Below are positions 34,756 through 39,286 of a DNA stretch of 39,286 bases, one piece after another. The translations under genes and the position numbers were made by a program. The notes beneath the pieces were generated by a model. The model had not been told where the DNA came from. It did no database searches and worked only from the letters and a program-made list of their open reading frames with translations. Source of the stretch: Cercozoa sp. M6MM (lineage: Eukaryota; Protista; Endomyxa: Ascetosporea); NCBI GenBank assembly GCA_040357565.1, contig JBDODJ010000105.1; one strand, given 5' to 3'. Position 1 is the first letter of the stretch. The number at the start of each line of letters is the position of its first letter.

Positions 34756-36250
34756 TTAAAACATCATTTTAAAGCTGTTTTCAGTACTCCACTTGGCGCA
34801 GTTCAAAGTATCGGATGACATTACCACAATGACATGGTCTTCGTTAAGCCATGCAGCCCCACTCAGTGCAGCTTCCTTCCACTGAAACACCGTTTTAATG
34901 ATGTACACACTTCCAGAGCGCATCTCCCAACTTTCACAGACAGAACATACATGGTATTCCCAAAGCAGAGTGACATTTGCAGCGTCGTGCTGCTTTCTTC
35001 TCCAAACTCGCGCAAAGCCGTCTTCTCCGGCAGTGAGTAAAACCGAACCATTGTCTTTGAGGCTCAATGCGCACACACTGCGCAGATGGGCACCGATTAT
35101 GCACGCGTGAGTGCTCGATGTATCCAAGACGAGAACTGACCCTCCAACTGCAGCTCGAAACTAAGATAGGCCTAGCTAGGGTGCAAGAAAGGACAATACC
35201 TGTGCCAACAGCAATGATGCGTTCATTTGCGTCTTCTTCGCTGGGATGGAGAGCAACGTACGACGGAAGCATGGCGCCGCATTGAAACAGTGTCCTCCAA
35301 CTCCCAAGATCATCGTCAGGTTCTGCCGACGGGAGACTGTATAGAACAATCTTGCCGTCACCGTGAGCAGCGCAGATAAACGAATCGTCCATAGACATGG
35401 CGACAGGCGGAGCTTCCGAAGCTGACTCCTGCTGCAGTACTTCTTGGACCCGCACGTCAAGCAGTTCTTCGCGAGCTTGTGCGACCGAGAGTTCGTATGC
35501 ACCAATGAAGCCGCTACTTGTGGCCACTGCCACGAGCACTGCGCCCTTGTCTACGAAGTAGCTGGCAGAGCACAAACACCTCCCATTCGAGTCTGCAATT
35601 AGTTGATTTGAACGATTGAAAGAATGAAAGAAAAGGAAACCCAAAGTGGTAAACTTGTCCTGCGGGACTAACACCTAAATGCAATTGAAAATTTACCACC
35701 AATGGGTAGACGGACCCGGTTAGTAGCCCCCTTTGCGTCGCTTATCATCACAGTACCGTCGCTTGCTATCGCCGCAACAAACGACGATGCTACGAACTGA
35801 TCGATGAAGTAGAGGCCTCCCACTGGCTGCACAAACACAGACCGAAACACAGATTTCTTCAGTTAGTGGGAAATAATGTATAATCTGTAATAATTGAAGT
35901 CGCTGTAAATGTACCCTTTTCCCAGTTTGATCCTTCGCGTGGACGCGAGAGGATATCAAGTGATGGGACTCAGCTTCTGCTCTTGCAAGCTGCGTCTGTT
36001 GCGGGAGTTTGATGAGTCCAGGCACGTGCACCAACACGCATTCACTGCAATCACTGGTTCGGCACAATACGTGGCGGTCAGCTAAGTGCACAATGTTGTC
36101 CTGGTTGCCCTCCGTGTCATCATCGCTCAGACAGCTTGATAGCCTGCCGATTGAGAAACTATTAGGCCCTACGGCGGTGGGTTTTCCTCGAGGCAGCGCC
36201 AAGCGTCTGATTCCGTGTTCCTGTTGCTCGGTAGACGTCGCACTTAGCAT
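34756..36250 (-). CDS. WD40-repeat protein
   Basis: FVAAIASDGTVMISD, LVAVATSSGFIGAYEL, FICAAHGDGKIVLYSL, AHLRSVCALSLKDNGSVLLTAGEDGFARVW. Confidence 0.75.
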
Positions 36251-36403
36251 TTAAATGGAATTGCAACACAGCAAAGCACAACTTTTTATTCTCCGTCGAG
36301 ACGCGCGGAAGCCGAAAAATAGGACAACAAACATTGTTGCAGAATATACGTTCAGTTCCAGCAAGGCAGCGCGACTGAGCTAGTGCCTGCACTCTGTCCA
36401 GCA

Positions 36404-38130
36404 ATGAGTCGATTCCCTGGCGTCGGAGAAAGTGCAGACCGCAGTCTTGTGTCTGCAAAAAGCAGCGAAAGACAAAAAATCGAGTTTCGGAATGCATTTG
36501 AAGAGCGGTCCGACAAGGTGTTTGCTACTGCTTTGGCAAAGCAACGGTTTGATGAATTGTGCCGTAAACGAGACGAAAGTCTCCAACAACGCAGGCGGAA
36601 GTTGCAGCTCCTTTTTGAGCACGAAGAACGACAATACGCGAGTGAAATGATAGCTCAGCAACAAACGTCGGAAGACAGATTTGAGCAGCTCCGCGAACGA
36701 GCGGCAGAACTGCGGAAGGTACTGTTTTGAAAGCGTGTAAATTGACCACTCACCCAGAGTTGTGTAGGAGCGTTTAAAGCGCGAACGGGAGTTCAGCAAA
36801 GAACAGCTTGAGCGCCAGTTTTCAGAAAACTGTGACGAACTGCGTGCGGCAAGATCTGAAGTACTTGCAACTGCGTGCCGTGCAGAAACACGGAACCTAC
36901 TCGATGCAAAGCAAAAGCAGCGTGAACTAGAGCAATTGGAAGAAAAAAAGATGCGCAAGGCTGTCGAACAGGACATGATTAAAGCGATGGAAGAAGAAAA
37001 TCTGAAAGCCGAAAAGAAGAAAGAATTCTACAACAATATTTACGCGGAAGTCGCAAAACAGAGGCGAGACAGAGAGGAACGACGAGAACTAGAACAACAG
37101 GAGCGACAAAGAAGTATAGAACAGCGCATGCAAAAATTGAAGCAAATGGAAGAACAGACGAAAGAACTTGCTCGCCAAGAGGCTCAGCGAAAGCAGGCTG
37201 TTCGGGAAGAATTGCGCGCCTTTACGTACGAGCAGCGCGACCACAGTAATTCACCTTCCACTCGAGCTAACATACAAACGACAGACAATTCACATACAGT
37301 TTGAGTATTCTTGTGCAGGAGCTGCCGAAAAACAAGCTCGTCGCGATGCAGACAAAAAATACATTAAAGATGTCCTTCTTCGCGAAAAACTCTCACAAAA
37401 AGAAGAACAAAACTACCGTGATATTCTCCGCGAAGACCAGCAGCAGTTTCTGCAGTTTGTTCGTGAGCGCAAGCAACATGAACAACGGATGGAACAAGCG
37501 CAAAACGCAGCATTCCTTGCAGAGCAGGAGCAAATGTGGCGACAACGCGAGGAAAAGTGGAAGAAAGAGCAGGATGCCCGCGACCTTCTGCTGCGGCAAA
37601 CAGTGGAGGAACGAGAACGACAGATAGCTCAACGAAATCAAGAGCGCGAAGAGCAAAAGGCGAGTCGCAATGAAGTCGACGAGCGCTTCCTTGCACTCGA
37701 AGAACGCGAAATCGCCTCAAAGCAACAGCGACGTAAGGAAGATAACTACCTGAATGTAGAGTAACCAAAGTGTATAAAGTATTGTCTGAACAGTCGAGCG
37801 CGCCAAGTACTACCAGCAAGGTGCTTCATCATTTTGGCCACGCCTCCAAAGCAAACCACCCATGCTTACTTAAGTTTATTGCTCAGAACAACTCAAACAA
37901 ATACGAGAACGAAGTGAAAGGTTGAAACGAGAGCGCGAAGAAGCGAAACAAGTATGTTGATTTGAGAGTACAACTAGCTTCCTGATACAGAAGCGTGTTC
38001 ACAGGAGGAGATAGAGCGACTCGCAATGGAGGAAAAGACGATCCGAGAAAAAACAGATCATCTGTTGAGACAACCCGCAAAGGATGGACAGATCTTCCAT
38101 GGCCGCCGCAAAGTCCGGTGGAGCTACTAA
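36404..38130 (+). CDS. CFAP53: Cilia- and flagella-associated protein 53 (CCDC11/TPH-domain coiled coil)
   Basis: LQQRRRKLQLLFEHEERQYASEM...TSEDRFEQLRERAAELRK|ERLKREREFSKEQLERQFSENCDELR resembles the CFAP53 N-terminal motif (RR.KL..LL..EE..Y..E...QF.E.C.ELR). E/R/K/Q-rich throughout; ends FHGRRKVRWSY*. Confidence 0.8.
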
Positions 38131-38396
38131 GCGGATCCGATCGATGAAGTTAATACGTGTACTACGCAACACAAACTGCTTCTTTCTACCGCCGTTTGAA
38201 TTGAGGCTGGTACAATGTAAGATAGAGCATTGCCATCGCGTCGACTACCAAATCGAATTCGTCGACGAGCACGCCGACTGAGTACAAAAAAATGCTGATT
38301 TGGTGCTAGAGCATATGCACATGAACCCGAGTTGCGTATGTTTACGCCAGACCTTTTGTTTGCGATATAAATTGAATTGAAACTATTGTGCGGTGC

Positions 38397-38636
38397 ATGC
38401 ACTCGCGTACGACTCCGTTGGAGCCGGTATTCTCGGCGATGCCCGGCATGTCGCCCGTCTTCCTCCTCGATTTTGTGTCTCTCAGCGTCTCATTTACGCG
38501 AACTGGAAGGTACGTAAACTCATGATATACTGCTGCGTCGGGAGCTGCGCCGAGTTGATGACAGATTCGTGCACCGCCGCCGACTCGCCTCGTGCGACAC
38601 CGGCTGTCCGCGCAACCATCTAACGCCGTAAGGTAA
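38397..38636 (+). CDS. Candidate 41-aa spliced microprotein (hypothetical)
   Basis: ATG at 38397; two phase-0 GT-AG introns (38427-38485, 38510-38564) of typical size give MHSRTTPLEP|RLIYANWK|IRAPPPTRLVRHRLSAQPSNAVR*. Confidence 0.3.
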
Positions 38637-38804
38637 TTCTCCGACCTCGACTGCTGCCGCCGGCACGACTGAAGACGATTTGTCGCCTGACGACGAGCGG
38701 ACGGCGGTCAACGGAAATAGAAAACGAACGTAACTGACAAACGAAACGAAAACTCGATTCAAACTGCGCTGAAGTGCGGTGGAGTTAAGTTGACGTGCGA
38801 TGAG

Positions 38805-39286
38805 TCAGAAGTCCTCCTCGATGTCGCTGTCGTCGACAGTCATAGCGTCGCCGTTGCTGTTGTTGTTGTTGTTGTTGGCACTCGCCGGCGAGGACTGGCC
38901 CGTCGTGAACAACTCAGGCGCACCAGTGGAGGGACGGAACTTGCCAATGCCTGAAGTCACGGCCTCGAGCGACCTGACGCGCTGCTTGGCGATCTGGGGG
39001 GAGGGTAAAGTGGATGGGGGGGGGGGGGGTAAGCATGTACACCTCTAACACAGACTCAGGGAAGCCACTCATGCGTGCCACGGCGATTCCGAGCGACTTC
39101 TCGGCGGCACCGACTCTCATCTAGCACATGCAACAGTATTTTACCCCCCCATCCCCTCTACCCCCCCATTTGTCCCCTTGCTAGGTACCTTGTAAAGCAT
39201 GCAGACACGTTCGCCATCGGAACGCACAGCTGCGTGCAGATTGCACACCTGCACAAACACAAACACAGGAGGTAAGGGGGGGGGGG
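38805..39286 (-). CDS. MutS-family DNA mismatch repair protein (MSH2-like), 3' end; 5' part lies beyond window
   Basis: VCNLHAAVRSDGERVCMLYK|MRVGAAEKSLGIAVARMSGFPESVLE|IAKQRVRSLE matches the MutS ATPase C-terminal helix-turn-helix (LY....G....S.GI.VA.....P..V...A). TGA at 38805-38807. Confidence 0.85.

Overview
Compact, intron-rich eukaryotic genomic DNA, probably from a flagellated protist (it carries CFAP53-like and POC5-like genes). The species cannot be determined from the sequence alone. It uses the standard genetic code, has mostly GT-AG introns of about 45-110 nt, frequent microsatellite and C/G-rich intron fill, and two 100-N gaps. About 18 spliced genes were reconstructed by hand, mostly in divergent pairs: a flavodoxin-domain reductase (partial), POC5-like, MscS-like channel, DDI1, a large WD40 protein, a Myb/SANT protein, a universal stress protein, a YjjX-type ITP/XTPase, Hikeshi/OPI10, a helical hypothetical protein, a tandem-C2 protein, RPL13, an Rtt106/SSRP1-like histone chaperone, a coiled-coil protein, a second WD40 protein, CFAP53 and the 3' end of a MutS homologue. 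The main observation is at 23546-29292 (- strand). A thymidine kinase (TK1 family) and a SAMHD1-type dNTP triphosphohydrolase can be spliced into one continuous ORF, with phase-consistent GT-AG introns across a ~255-aa low-complexity linker. This predicts a TK-SAMHD1 fusion enzyme that the unspliced ORF track does not show. Gene models are manual, and some terminal exons are approximate.
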